Assembly: GCA_030390025.1 (NCBI GenBank)
Contig: CM059432.1
Coordinates: 77,378,001 to 77,442,000, forward strand
Direction of reading: 5' to 3'
From: Squalus acanthias
Taxonomy: Eukaryota
DNA length: 64,000 nt
Made by a program: the position numbers and the translations under genes. Positions within the stretch are counted from its first letter, which is position 1, and every line of letters starts with the position of its first letter. Shown in pieces: positions 45,935 through 58,484 of the stretch. A model generated the notes under the pieces. The model was given only the letters and a program-made list of their open reading frames with translations, did not search any database and was not told the DNA's origin.

Positions 45935-46217
45935 GTGTAAATATGTGTGAATTGATTTTTGATAAATTCATTAATTTTGTTTGGAATCTGTTATGGTGGC
46001 TCCCATTTCAGCTTTGTGCTCAGGAGGACACTGTGATACAAGGATGGTATGATGAGGATATGGTGAGCAACGGGGATCTGGTGTTTCATTCACTGGAATT
46101 GGAGTCTCAAGAGGCCATCTGGAAGGGGGATTGGCTGCCTGCCTCCTCCCTCCCTCCTCGTCCTCTTCCTCTTGCACCTGTTCCTCTTCCTTCTCCACCT
46201 CCTCCTCCTCTCCTTCA

Positions 46218-46332
46218 TCCTACATTACAACAGTGACTACTTTTCTAAAAGTACTTCATTGGCTGTAAAGCGCTTGGGACGTCTGATGGTCGTGAACGGC
46301 GCTATATAAATGCAAGTCTTTCTTTACTTTCT
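46218..46332 (+). mobile_element. SINE 3' tail inserted in the poly-Glu region of the transposase
   Basis: Matches ~4980-5095 (CCTACATTACAACAGTGACTAC...AAATGCAAGTC). Confidence 0.85.
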
Positions 46333-47370
46333 TTCTCGTCCTCCTCCTGACATGGTCTCGCAATCCCTGGTGGCAAGGGCTGTGCCCTCATGATTTCCAA
46401 GTTGTGAAACATGCAGCAGACCACCACGAAATGGGACACCCTGCTCCGACGAGTACTGATGGGCTCCCCTGAGCAGTTAAGGCAGCGGAACCGTTGCTTC
46501 AGTAGCCCGGTGGTCTGCTCGATGATGTTCCTGGTGGCAGCATGGCTCTCATTATATGAGTGCTGGGCAGGAGTGGTGTGGTTGCGGAGGGGAGTCATGA
46601 GCCAGGTGCAGAGCAGATAGCCCTTGTCTCCGAGCAACCACCCTCGAGTTTGCTGTGGTGGCTGGAAGATTGCTGGCACACCGAATTGACGCAGGATGTA
46701 GGCATCATGGCTGCTGCCAGAATAGACATTGACCATCAGGAAGTGCTGGGCGTGGTCGCACACCAACTGCACATTAGGTGAGTGGTAGCCTTTGCAGTTA
46801 TGGAAGATCTCAGGATTGTTATACGGCGCCCGCAATGCCACGTGAGTGCAGTCGACGGCGCCCTGCACCATGGGGAAGCCCACTATCCTGGCAAAGCCAC
46901 ATGCACGCTTGTCCTTTTTCTCTCTACTCAGAGAGAAGTCAACGTAGTCCTTCCTCCTGGTGTAGAAAGCCTCAGTGACCACCCGGATGCAGTGATGGAC
47001 GGTAAATTGTGAGATGTTAACTATGTCTCCTGCTGCAGACTGGAAGGATCCGCTGGCGAAGAAATTGAGGGCCACGGTGACCTTGAGGGCCACTGGGAGA
47101 GCCGTGGTCACCCTGCTCTCAGGTTGCAGGTCTGGTTGCAGGAGGTGGCAGAGTTCTGTGATCACTTCCTTAGTGAAGTAAAGCCTCCTAATACACTGCT
47201 CCTCGCTTAAGTGGATATAAGAGAAGTGCTCTCAGAAGATCCTACGTGGTTAAGGCCACCTTTTGAGAGACCCCCTGGCCCTCCTCCTCCTCCTCCCTCT
47301 GAGCGCATCTTCTCCTCTTCTTCGCTGCCTCCGCTTTGAGCGCGAGGGGAACTGCCAGTAGATCCCCCAT
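46332..47370 (-). pseudogene. HARBI1-like transposase; core open (ORF 46302-47165), stops in the N-terminal part
   Basis: GAVDCTHV, GSSHD, LLGDKGY, RNIIEQT; upstream WP*PRRIF*EHFSY. Confidence 0.92.
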
Positions 47371-49964
47371 GAATGTGAGCCAGTGTTGTGAGCAGAAGCC
47401 TTTAAATAATAATGAAGGCATTCTCCACTTGCAACAACACTCCCTGTTACCTTAGAACCTAAAGCTGCTGGAGTTGCAGAAAGTTGCACAGAGCCAGTCA
47501 AGCTGAACAAACATGTCAGGTGTAAGTTGTTTCTGATGATCCCTTTAAATACCGCTGGAGGAGCCTCCTTCCTGCTTTTCAGCGCTTGCTCAGCTCGTCA
47601 CACTTAAGGCAGTTCGGGCGTCAAGTGAGCATTGCACATTCACTGATGTCACGATCTGCATCATCGCCATGATTTTAGTGATCGCTGATATCGGAAGTGC
47701 TACCGGCCATTCAAAATGGCGGCTGCTGCGGGATCCGCCATTTTTTCACCTGAATCTGGCGGTAACGGGTGGCAATAAACCCCTAACTTCTAGGCCATAG
47801 TCTCTTGTGTTGAAGTCTCTGGGATAACCAACCTTATGGGAATCATCAGAAAATTCATCAGAAGTTAAAGCATGTATTATGAATTGATCCAATTCAGTGG
47901 GGAAAAGAGCAGCTGTGTTTGATTATTTAAAACCAGGCATGAATCTAAGGTCCTTCAAAATCAGCTATGACGATGGGAGAATACTGAAGTGATACCCTCA
48001 GCTCCAAAAAATTAAAGGGAAAATATACTCTTCCCAATCAAATTGCAAGTTTGTCTTTCTGAACCTGGTCAACAGGATGAAAACATCCATGCTGATGGTG
48101 GCATTTGGTGATGTCACCAACCTGCCTTGATGTTCACATCAAGGCACACAAGACATTAGCTAATTTTTTGAATAGTAATTTGATGGAGGCTCCATTAGAA
48201 AAAAAATCTCACAACAGCACATATGATTCTATGGTAAATGCAGAGAACTGTAGTATTTTTAGCATGTTGTAAGATTTTGAACAAATAAATCAATTAATTG
48301 TGTTTTTAAACAGTGTTACACGGCTAGCCTGAAAGTAAAAATAAATAGCCCATTACTGATATTTTTATTACCCAATTAAGCTGAAAGGTGCTAAATGTAA
48401 TTTAATTCTAACATCTGTCCTAGTTCATTAGGACTTGCGAAAGATCTCAATTTTCAAATCCCTTTCTCATTTCAGCACTGCATACAAACTGTGTACTAGT
48501 TGCCATTTCTGCTGCATCACCTCAGGGTACTGGCGTAGAGGAGCATCACTTAAAAAGTAATTTGGTAAATAAATATACCCCTGTGGAGAATGTGTTAGGG
48601 AAAGGTGTATAAGCATCTAATGCAGGTGGTGAATACTTTGGGGAAAAAGAGTCACTCCCTTCAAACCAACAACTTTTTTTGTGTTATTGGTCTTGAGGCA
48701 ATGGCTGTCAGTATTGTTTAAAGAGAATCCCTTATGATCTACTCATTAATTAATTGCAGTGTTTGTTGATTCTGTACTGATTCAGAGAGTTCCCTGGTGA
48801 GTGTTTTGGGTATTCAGTAATGTTTTGATGCAGAATTTTATTTGCAGCCCTTCAATTCCCAAGATGACATTTTACTGTCACAAATATGGAAAGAAAAAAA
48901 GAGACTTTGAAAGAAAATGATAATCTGATTATTTTAAATTCAGATGAAATTTTTGAAGATTTTCCCTACAGAATTGTTTAAAAATAAAGTACCTGGAATA
49001 GTGATTGATTGACAGTTAGCATTTAATGGACCGGGAAAAGAACCACACTTCATGCAAAATAATTTGAATTGTTTTCAGCTAATGGCTTAAGAAAGTGTTT
49101 TGCTTGTATTGTTTACAGGTCACATAGAAACAGAATGCAATGTTGCTTTCTCCAGAGTGAAATGATGTGTTACCAATGACTATGTAATATAATCCCTTCT
49201 CTAAGGTTCTCATTAAATAAAGGCAGATGATTAATTTGCATGCTTATTTTGGTGACATGGTTAAACTCTTTCATTAATGCGTTTCTTATTTCTCATCTGA
49301 ACTAATGTGAATTTTTCGGCAACCTCCTACTTCTCATCTATTCATTTCCTTGTTAAACTGATTGAAAATCTTGTAATGCTCTCAAGAACTATTGAAATCT
49401 TTATCTTAGATTTTTTTATACCATAACTCACTTATTCCTCAATCAATACCAATCAAATAATAAAAAGGAAAACTCTGCACATTTTGGCTAAACAATACAA
49501 AATCCCTTTAGAAAATTACAGAATTGTTATGTAAATAACGTGTGCATTATTTTTCCTATCCATTTCTGATAAGGGATTCGACCTTATCTCCTATTTGATC
49601 ATTAACTGTGAGCCATCCCCTTCTAGTAGCAGGGTACTTTATTTTAGCAAGCAATACTGTCCAGTAAATGTATTGATGTACAGCTATCATCTTTTTGTAA
49701 ACTTAGAAGAGGGAGGGTGAAAAGACAGTTTGGATATAACTCCTTTCTTCAAAGGATGATGTGTGTATGGAATAGGCTGCTCACAGAAGCAGTGGGTGGA
49801 TGATCATATCAGCAAATTCAAAAGAGAATGGAATAAATACATGTCAAAAAAGTTGATAGAGGGGTATCGGAGATTTAATAGGGTATGATATTTCCTGGGC
49901 ACTGGGACCAGCCAGACAGAGCACAATGGTCCTTTTCTGGTACTGTACCATTCCTATATTCCTA

Positions 49965-50635
49965 TGTCTTCCGACCACAAATCTGCTCCATCACCAAAAC
50001 TACCTACTCCCACCTCCATAACATCGCCCTACTCTTCCCCTGCCTCAGCTTATCTGCTGCTGAAACCCTCATCCACACCTTTGTTACCTCTAGACTTGAC
50101 TATTCCAATGCTCTCCTGGTCAGCCTCCCATTTTCCACCCTCCATAAACTTGAGCTCATCCAAAACTCTGCTACCTGTGTCCTAACTCGCACCAAGTTCT
50201 GTTCACCCATCACCCCTGTGCTCGCTGACCTACATTGGCTCCTGATCTGGCAACGCCTCGATTTTAAAATTCTCATTCTTGTTTTCAAATCCTTCCATGA
50301 CCACACCCCTCCTTATCTCTGTAATCTCCTCCAGCCCTGCAACCCCCCGAGATCTCAGTGCTCTTCCAATTCTGGTCTTTTGCGTATCGCCAATTTTAAT
50401 CGCTCCACCATTGGTGGCCGTGCCTTCAGCTGCCTAGGCCCTGAGCTCTGGAATTCCCTCGCTACACTTCTCTCACTCTCTCTCCTGCTTTAAGACACTC
50501 CTTAAAGTCTACCTCTTTATCTCTTCATGTGGCTCGGTGTCAAATTTTGTTTGATAAGACTCCTGTGAAGTGCCTTGGGACATTTCACTACGTTAAAGGC
50601 ACTGTATAAATACAAGTTACTGTTGCTGTTGTTGT
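49965..50635 (+). mobile_element. L2-type LINE 3' fragment
   Basis: AETLIHTFVTSRLDYSNALL, LHWLL, GGRAFSCLGPELWNSL; tail ATAAATACAAG(TTG)n. Confidence 0.9.
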
Positions 50636-51662
50636 TGGAATGTTAGCAATTAAAGTTTGTTTATTTAATTCCTTGCAGCATTGCTTTGCTTTTTCTTTAA
50701 TGTTCATGCAACAAGGTGGAAGGTATCTTGCGAGGGGAAGTCCCGTTAAGTTTCTGGGACCTAACGAACAATCAAATTAATGAACACAGTATCAATAAAT
50801 ATTAGAACAAACCTATATTATGAGCTGAGGAAGATTTTGCCAGAAGTCACGGTTTGTCAGTCAAGCTAAAGGTCACACCAATATTGACTTAATTTGCCTC
50901 ATCTTCATTTCAAATGTCAAATTGCTCAGCCTCATTTTACACTCTTTGATGCAGGAGCTCTTGCTCCCTCAGGGACAGATTTTGGAAGACATGTCCCTAA
51001 AGCTGGTTCTGGTAGTTAGCAACTACAGAAGTGAAGACACGAGTTCACAACTGTACAATTTACACTTTATTCTGTTAACAACAATGGCTACAAATTTATG
51101 GACTTAAGAAAAAACACGATTCACTTCCCATGAAGGACTACTGTGTTCAATGCAATTACCACGGACTTTAATATTCCATTTCAGCACAATAGCAAGGTTT
51201 GTGACAAACCTTCCATATCGCAAACACAATTAGAGAAACATTCTGAAAGTTCTTAATGTTTTGAAAGTGCCTTATTGTCCTTTCCGTCAGTTACTTTCAT
51301 CAAACAAATATAAAGGAACCATTTACCCTCATATTAATTTATTAATCTCTCCTTGGATTATTTTATCCCCCAGTAACTGCAAGAAATTTACTCTTAGCTG
51401 TGGTCTGATATTGTACAAGCTATTACACAATCCAGGAGCTTGAAAATAACTCAACAGGCTGGATTTTGCCTTCAATGGGCAGTAACAGGTTTACTACCTA
51501 TGACACAGGGCAGAAAATGATTACCCAGTCATTTCATTTTCTAGTTAATGGCCACGAAGTGTAAAGTTTAACATGTTAATAATGTTCACCTAGGGGATGT
51601 TTTCCACTGCGGTATCCACACATAATGGATAGCACCAGTGGCAGTGGGCAGTCTGACATAAT

Positions 51663-52732
51663 GGGGAGAATTTTAACACCAAAAAATGGGTGGGTTGGGG
51701 TCAGGTTAAAGAGTTTTAAATCTGAATCCCGACCCCAACCCGTCTCCAACCCGTCCACTTCTGGTTTTAATGGAAACAGGACGGGAGGCGGGCGGCCAAC
51801 CAGCTCGCAAGAGGCGGTTGGTACTTTAAATATTATAATGAGGCTGCGTACATCATGGTGATTCACCATTTTAAATTTATCTGTGTGCGGATGGGTTTCC
51901 CAGGCCTCGGGGAACCCGTCGGATAAAGGGAGGCGAGAACTGCTGGATCCAGGAGGTAAGTGCCTTTCCACTTACCTGCTGGATCCAGCGTTCCTGCCTT
52001 GTAAACCCCCCCCGCAATCGGACCTCCCCGACCTTTCTGATCTCCCCCCGACCTAACCCCCCCTAAGGTCTCCGACCCCCGCCACCCCCCATGAGGCCTC
52101 AGATCTCTGATTCCCCCATCTGGCATTCCGACCTCTGGCCTCCAATCCCTCCTCCTGCCTCCCCACCCCCGGCACCCAGTCCCACTCCGGTTTTCCAACC
52201 TCCCCACTCCAGCATTCCGACCCTCCTCCAACCTCTGATTTCCCCCTCTGGCCTTCCGGCCTCCCCACTCCAGCCTTTCCGACCACCCTCCGGCCTCCGA
52301 CCCCCACTCTGGATTTCCGACCTCTGCCTTCCAGCCTGCCAAACCCCCTCCGGCCTTCCGACCCCCATCCAGCCTCTAATCCCCCCTCCGACCTTCTGAC
52401 CTTGGCCCTCCAGCCTACCGACCTCCACCCTCTGGCCTTGTGAACCCCCTCTGGCCTTCCACCCTCCCTCCTCCGGCCTTCTGATGCCCCTCTGGCCTCT
52501 GATCACCCCCCGATCCCTCATTCCCTCCTCTCTGTGGCCTGGTGCCACAGGCCTACATGCCCGACAGCCAGCCAGGCTCTCCATCTGGCTGGCTGCAGGC
52601 GGGAAACAGTTATTTTAAGTGTTAATTAGACCCTGCAGTTAAATTTGGCAGGGCCTGAGGGAAACCCGTTCTCTTGCTTTGCAGCAACCCCCGCCGCCGC
52701 TCCCTATCCACCTCCAAATTAAAATTCCAGCC
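51663..52732. mobile_element. Harbinger-type MITE (1070 bp) with internal C-rich degenerate repeat
   Basis: GGGGAGAATTTTAA / TTAAAATTCCAGCC ends, AAT on both flanks. Confidence 0.78.
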
Positions 52733-53425
52733 AATCAGCCTATGTGGCTTTTAATGTATTTTTTATTTGTTTACACACAGCTGAAATTATAACTGGAGTA
52801 CTGACCTGATGAGAAATATCTGTCCCAGCTATATTTAATAACCTTTTTTAAAGAAACACATTTGTCAAGTATTTCAAACTTGGTAGCTGTAAATTCCTAA
52901 ACAGTTGTTAGTACGCACCAGCAAATAAAGTCCTAGGCCTAGTTGCATAACGGGTGCCGAATTGGGACCAAAATGGTGTCCAGCAGCGTGCGCACACTTC
53001 TGGTGCGGGTCGCACCGGACGCCATCTTGGTGAGGGCGGTAGGTTGGGTGTTAGGAGCGTCCTCTAGAGGTATGATAAGTAGGCAGATCGTGACGCCAAT
53101 CAGGGTGCAAAGCTGATTTGACACCAGAGCTGCCATTTTCATCATCATTGCTGGAACTAATGCCCTGTGTTAACCTCGCAAAGCTGAACATGCGTTCAAC
53201 AGCAGGAAGGACCCCCCAGCTTTATATAAAGGGATCATCAATAACTTTCAGGTAACTTGATTTTTGATTTCTAATGGCTCTGTGTAAGTTTGTGGAACTG
53301 TTTGGAGCTTTCTAGAGTTATTTAAAGTTATTTAAAGTTGGCGAGGTGACAGGAAGTAATGCTGCAAGTGGAGAAGGCCTTGCTTCTGACTTCAAAGGTT
53401 CTGCTCAGACCACTTGCTCCCAGTC

Positions 53426-54595
53426 ATGGGTGCTCTAGTTGTCATCCCCTTTGGCCTGCAGCATGACAGAGAGATGGAGCAGAGGCAACAAAGCAGAGGA
53501 CAAGCTGCTCGCAGAGGGAGGAGGAGGTGGAGAAGGGCTCTCAGCAGTAGGCCTTACCCACCTGGGGTCTTCCGAGAGCAATTCCCTTACCTCAGCCTGA
53601 GCCAGGAGCAGTGTGTGAGGGGTCTGCGCTTTATGAAGGATGTGCTCACGGAACTCTGCCACCTCTTGCAACCAGACCTGCAGCTTCACACCAGGGCAAG
53701 GACAGCGCTGCCAGTGGCTGTGAAGGTGACTGTGATCTGAATTTCTTCGTGTCGGGATTCTTCCAGGCTGGAACCGAAGACATCTGTAACATCTCCCAGT
53801 TCACTGTCTGCTGCTGCATAAGAGAGGTGACAGATGCTCTTAATGTCAGGAGATGGGACTTCATTGTCTTCTCTATGACCAGAGAAAAGCAGATTGAGTG
53901 TGCACGTGGCTTTGCCAGGATAGCGGACTTCCCCATGGTGCAGGGCGCCATCGACTGTCCGCAAGTGGCTTTGCGGGCACGATATATAAATGCTGAGCTG
54001 TACCGCAACCACAAAGGTTACCACTCGCTGAATGTGCAGTGTACGACCATGCTCAGCACATCATGATGGTGAATGCCCAGTATCCTGGCAGCATTCATGA
54101 TGCTTTTATTCTGCACCAGTCCGCTGTTTCCTCAGTCTTTTAGCCACCACCACAAACCAGAGGGTGGCTACTGGGCAACTAGGGCTATCCCTTGAGAACC
54201 TGGCTCATGACTCCACTCCACAACCCAAGCACACGTGGCCAGCATGTGTACAACGAGAGCCATGCTGCCACATGAAACATCATAGAGCAGACCATTGGGG
54301 TGCTGAAGCAATGGTTCCACTGCCTGGACTGCTCTGGAGTAGTCACCGGAGCATGTATCCAGATTCGTGCTGGTCTGCTGTATCCTCCACAACCCGGCCA
54401 TCCTGAGGGCACAGCCCTTGCCACCAAGAATACGGCCACCAGCTCAAGAGCAGGAGGAGGAGGAGGAGGAGCAGGAGGAGGAGGAGGAGGAAGTAGAAGA
54501 GGAGAAGGGGGTAGCGAAAGAAAGGAGTCAACTCAGACAGCCCCTTTCTGGCTGGGATATCCAGGATTGAATCATCCGCCTGCGGCACCAGCTAG
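53426..54595 (+). pseudogene. HARBI1-like transposase, frameshifted
   Basis: MGALVVIPFG...[36 protein letters not shown], poly-Glu. Confidence 0.92.
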
Positions 54596-55305
54596 CGCAA
54601 CCCCAATGTCCCATTCAACATTAGTCCCACACCTTCCCTTCCCTCTGTTACTGACCATCACAGCGTCCTTTTTCCAACAATGCTAAACTAAAAACCATCA
54701 CAAAGTAAATATTCCAATCAAACTTTATCAAACTAACCATCCAATATTACATCAAAAAATCAACTAATCACGCTTGTGCATTCCCTTAGTGACTGTCTTG
54801 CGTGTGCCTTTGCCTAACCGAGTGTTACCCCAATGGCTGCAACATGGTTGGTGGAAGGCTGCTGACTTTCAGTGAGGGAGACTGCAAATGGCCTTGCAGG
54901 ACGACCTTGTGGTGCTCTGGACCTAGTAGGCCCGGCTTCGGACTGCAGCACATTGGCATGGGCGGCAGCAGTCTGGGCTGGCTGGTTGACAGGCAGCAGC
55001 AAGGGCACTGGTGGAGTGGCAGTGGTGGGAGGATGAATGCTGTCATCCTGAGAGATGACACCAGGTTCTACCTCCACGGATCCATTTCCACTCCCCAGGG
55101 ACAGCACCTCAGCAATCCTAGCAATCTGTTAGAGTACAGACTGCTGGACTGCTGTGACACCCTGCAAGCCCCTTTCAACACTGGTAAACTCAGCCACGAT
55201 GGCAGCAGTCTGTGCTTGCGTGGCAGCAAGCTGAGCTTGCACGACTTCAGTCTGAGCTTCCATTGCAGCACTCAGACATTGGATGACTTTTGTTTGTGCT
55301 GCAAT

Positions 55306-56500
55306 CATAGACTCATAGAATCGTTGCAGCACAGAAGGAGGCTATTCAGCCCGTCGAGCTTGTGCCGGCTCTCTGCGAGAGCACTTCAGCTAGTCCCACA
55401 CCCCCGCCCTTTCCCTGTAGCCCTGCCAATTTTTTTCCTTCAGGTCCTTATCCAATTCCCTTTTGAAAGCCACGATTGAGTCTGCCTCCACCATCCTTTC
55501 AGGCAGTGCATTCCAGATCCTAACCACTCACTGTGTAAAAAAGTTTTCCCTCATGTCGCATTTGGTTCTTTTGCTTAACACCTTAAATCTGTGTCCTCTG
55601 GTTCTCGACCCTTCCGCCAATGGGAACAGTTTCTCTCTATCTACTCTGTCGAGACCCATTATGGTTTTAAACACCTCTATCAAATCTCCTCTCAACCTTC
55701 TCTGCTCTAAGGAGAACAACCACGTAACTGAAGTCCCTCATCCCTGGAACCATTCTCGTAAATCTTTTCTGCACCCTCTCTAAGACCTTTACATCCTTCC
55801 TAAAGTGCGGTGCCCAGAATTGGACACAATACTCCAGTTGAGGCCGAACCAGTGTTTTATAAAGACTCATCATAACTTCCTTGCTTTTGTACTCCATGCC
55901 TCTATTTATGAAGTCCAGGATCCCGTATGCTTTTTTAACCGCTTTCTCAACCTGCCCTGCCACCTTCAACGATTTGTACACATATACTCCCAGGTCTCTC
56001 TGTTCATGCACCCCCTTTAGAATTGTACCCTTTAGGTTTTTTTTGTCTGTTAATACTCCTGAGAAGCACCTTGTGACGCTTTACTATGTTAAAGGTGCTA
56101 TATAAATACTAGTTGTTGTTGTTGTTATATTGCCTCTCCTTGTTCTTCCCACCAAAATGTATCACTTTGCACTTTTCTGTCATGTGTCCGCCCATGTCAC
56201 CAGCCTGCCTATGTCTTCTTGAAGTCTATCACTCTCCTCCTCACTGTTCACTATACTTCCAAGTTTTGTGTCATCTGCAAATTTTGAAATTGTACCCTGT
56301 ACACACAAGTCCAAGTCATTAATATATTAATATATATCAAGAAAAGCAGTGGTCCTAGTGCCGACCCCTGGGGAACACCACTGTATACCTTCCTCCAGTC
56401 CGAAAAACAACCGTTCACCACTACTCTCTGTTTCCTATCACTTAGCCAATTTCGTATCCGTGCTGTCGCTGTCCCTTTTATTCCATGGGCTTCAACTTTG
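55306..56500 (-). mobile_element. CR1 RT second half plus 3' UTR and tail
   Basis: [42 protein letters not shown]. Confidence 0.92.
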
Positions 56501-57500
56501 TTGGTCTGTCTGCTTCTATGCCAATTTGCACGTGGCTCGGGCAATAATCCAGAGCTTATTACCCTCGAGGTCCTGCTTTTTAATTTAGATCCTGATACTC
56601 TTTCAGCAGGACCTCCTCCCTGTTCCTACCTATGTCGTTTGTTCCATCATGGACCATGACAACTGGATTTACCCCCTCCCTTTCCAAGTTCCTCTCCAGC
56701 CGTCATGAGATATCCCTTACCCTGGCACCGGGTAGGCAACACACCCTTCAGGATTCTCGTTCTTGGCTGCAGAGGACACTATCTATCCCCCTAATTATAG
56801 AATCCCCTATCACTACCACATTTCTATTCTGCTCTTCCCCCCCTTGGACAGCCTTCTGAGTCACAGTCTGCATTGTGGCTGTCCTCCCTGCAGTCTTTCT
56901 CCTTGTCCTCACAGGTAGCGAGTACATCGTACCTGTTCGACAGGACCAGTGTCTGCGAGACCTCCTTCTCAACCTCTCCTAAATCCCCCCTACCCGTCTC
57001 CCTCACAGTCACACCCTCCCTTTCCTGAACCTGTGCTTTCCTCTGGGGTGTGACTGTATTGTGTATAAAACTGTCCAGAAAATCCTACTCCTCCCTTATG
57101 TGTCAGAATGTCTCCAACTCGGACTCCAGCTCAATGACTCTGAGCCGGAGAGATTCAAGATGGAGACATCTCCTGCAGACATGTTTGCTCAGAACAGTCT
57201 CGCTGTCCACAAACTCCCACATACTGCAGTCCAGACACACAACCTGCTCTGTCATATCTTAGTCTAGCCTTATTTTATTTATTTAATTAGTTAAAGTCTT
57301 TATTCAATGATTATTTATAGTTATATTAATTAGTTTAACTACTTAAGCTATAAATTTAATACAGTATGTTATAGATTCCCACTCCTAGTTTAAACTACTG
57401 TCTTAGTTTAGAGAGAAAAAAACCATAATACTCACCAACCAATCACCTACCTGCTGTCCTGTGATGTCACACATTGTTTTTTTTGGAAATCGTGGAAGGC
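56501..57500 (-). mobile_element. CR1 5' UTR and ORF1 (Cys-rich/leucine-zipper N-terminus, GDS esterase-like domain)
   Basis: MTEQVVCLDCSMWE...VCRRC...[39 protein letters not shown]. Confidence 0.85.
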
Positions 57501-57501
57501 C

Positions 57502-58478
57502 CCGTCACCGCTGCCTCCGATTAGATCGTGCTGTTCCTCCGCTCTCTCCTTTATGTCCCACCGACACTGTCTCCGATTGAGTCGTGCTGTTCCTCCGCTC
57601 TCTCCTTTATGTCCCGTCACCGCTGCCTCCGATTAGATCGTGCTGTTCCTCCGCTCTCTCCTTTATGTCCCGTCACCGCTGCCTCCGATTAGATCGTGCT
57701 GTTCCTCCGCTCTCTCCTTTATGTCCCACCGACACTGCCTCCGATTAGATCGTGCTGTTCCTCCGCTCTCTCCTTTATGTCCCACCGACACTGTCTCCGA
57801 TTAGATCGTGTTGTTCCTCCATTCTCTCCTTTATGTCCCACCGACACTGTCTCCGATTAGATCGGCACTGTTCCTCCGCTCTCTCCTTTATGTCCCGTCA
57901 CCGCTGCCTCCGATTAGATCGTGCTGTTCCTCCGCTCTCTCCTTTATGTCCCGCCGACACTGCCTCCGATTAGGTCGTGCTGTTCCTCCGCTCTCTCCTT
58001 TATGTCCCACCGACACTGCCTCCGATTAGATCGTGTTGTTCCTCCGCTCTCTCCTTTATGTCCCACCGACACTGCCTCCGATTAGATCGTGCTGTTCCTC
58101 CGCTCTCTCCTTTATGTCCCACCGACACTGCCTCCGATTAGATCGTGCTGTTCCTCCGCTCTCTCCTTTATGTCCCACCGACACTGCCTCCGATTAGATC
58201 GTGCTGTTCCTCCGCTCTCTCTTTATGTCCCACCGACACTGTCTCCGATTGAGTCGTGCTGTTCCTCCGCTCTCTCCTTTATGTCCCACCGACACTGCCT
58301 CCGATTAGATCGTGCTGTTCCTCCGCTCTCTCCTTTATGTCCCGCCGACACTGTCTCCGATTAGATCGTGTTGTTCCTCCGCTCTCTCCTTTATGTCCCG
58401 TCACCGCTGCCTCCGATTAGATCGTGCTGTTCCTCCGCTCTCTCCTTTATGTCCCGCTGCCACCGCTGTTGCCTCCGG
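57502..58478. repeat. Tandem array, 56-bp unit, ~17.5 copies
   Basis: CCGATTAGATCGTGCTGTTCCTCCGCTCTCTCCTTTATGTCCCACCGACACTGCCT, with variant ending CCCGTCACCGCTGCCT. Confidence 0.97.
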
Positions 58479-58484
58479 TTAGTT

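Larger units (their letters stand above)
43629..47796 (+). mobile_element. Full-length (4168 bp) two-gene Harbinger element D
   Basis: TIRs GGCCTAGAAATTGG / CTAACTTCTAGGCC; Myb + and transposase - convergent; flanks TAT/ATA (no exact 3-bp TSD). Confidence 0.93.

Noticed and set aside
46302..47165. Domesticated host HARBI1 gene
   Set aside because: Lies within TIRs beside a Myb partner, has upstream stops and a SINE in its tail; many decayed paralogs nearby
51863..52584. Gly/Arg/Pro-rich ORFs
   Set aside because: By-products of the low-complexity C/G-rich repeat
57502..58478. CRISPR array
   Set aside because: Units are contiguous and near-identical with no unique spacers; no cas genes; eukaryotic context
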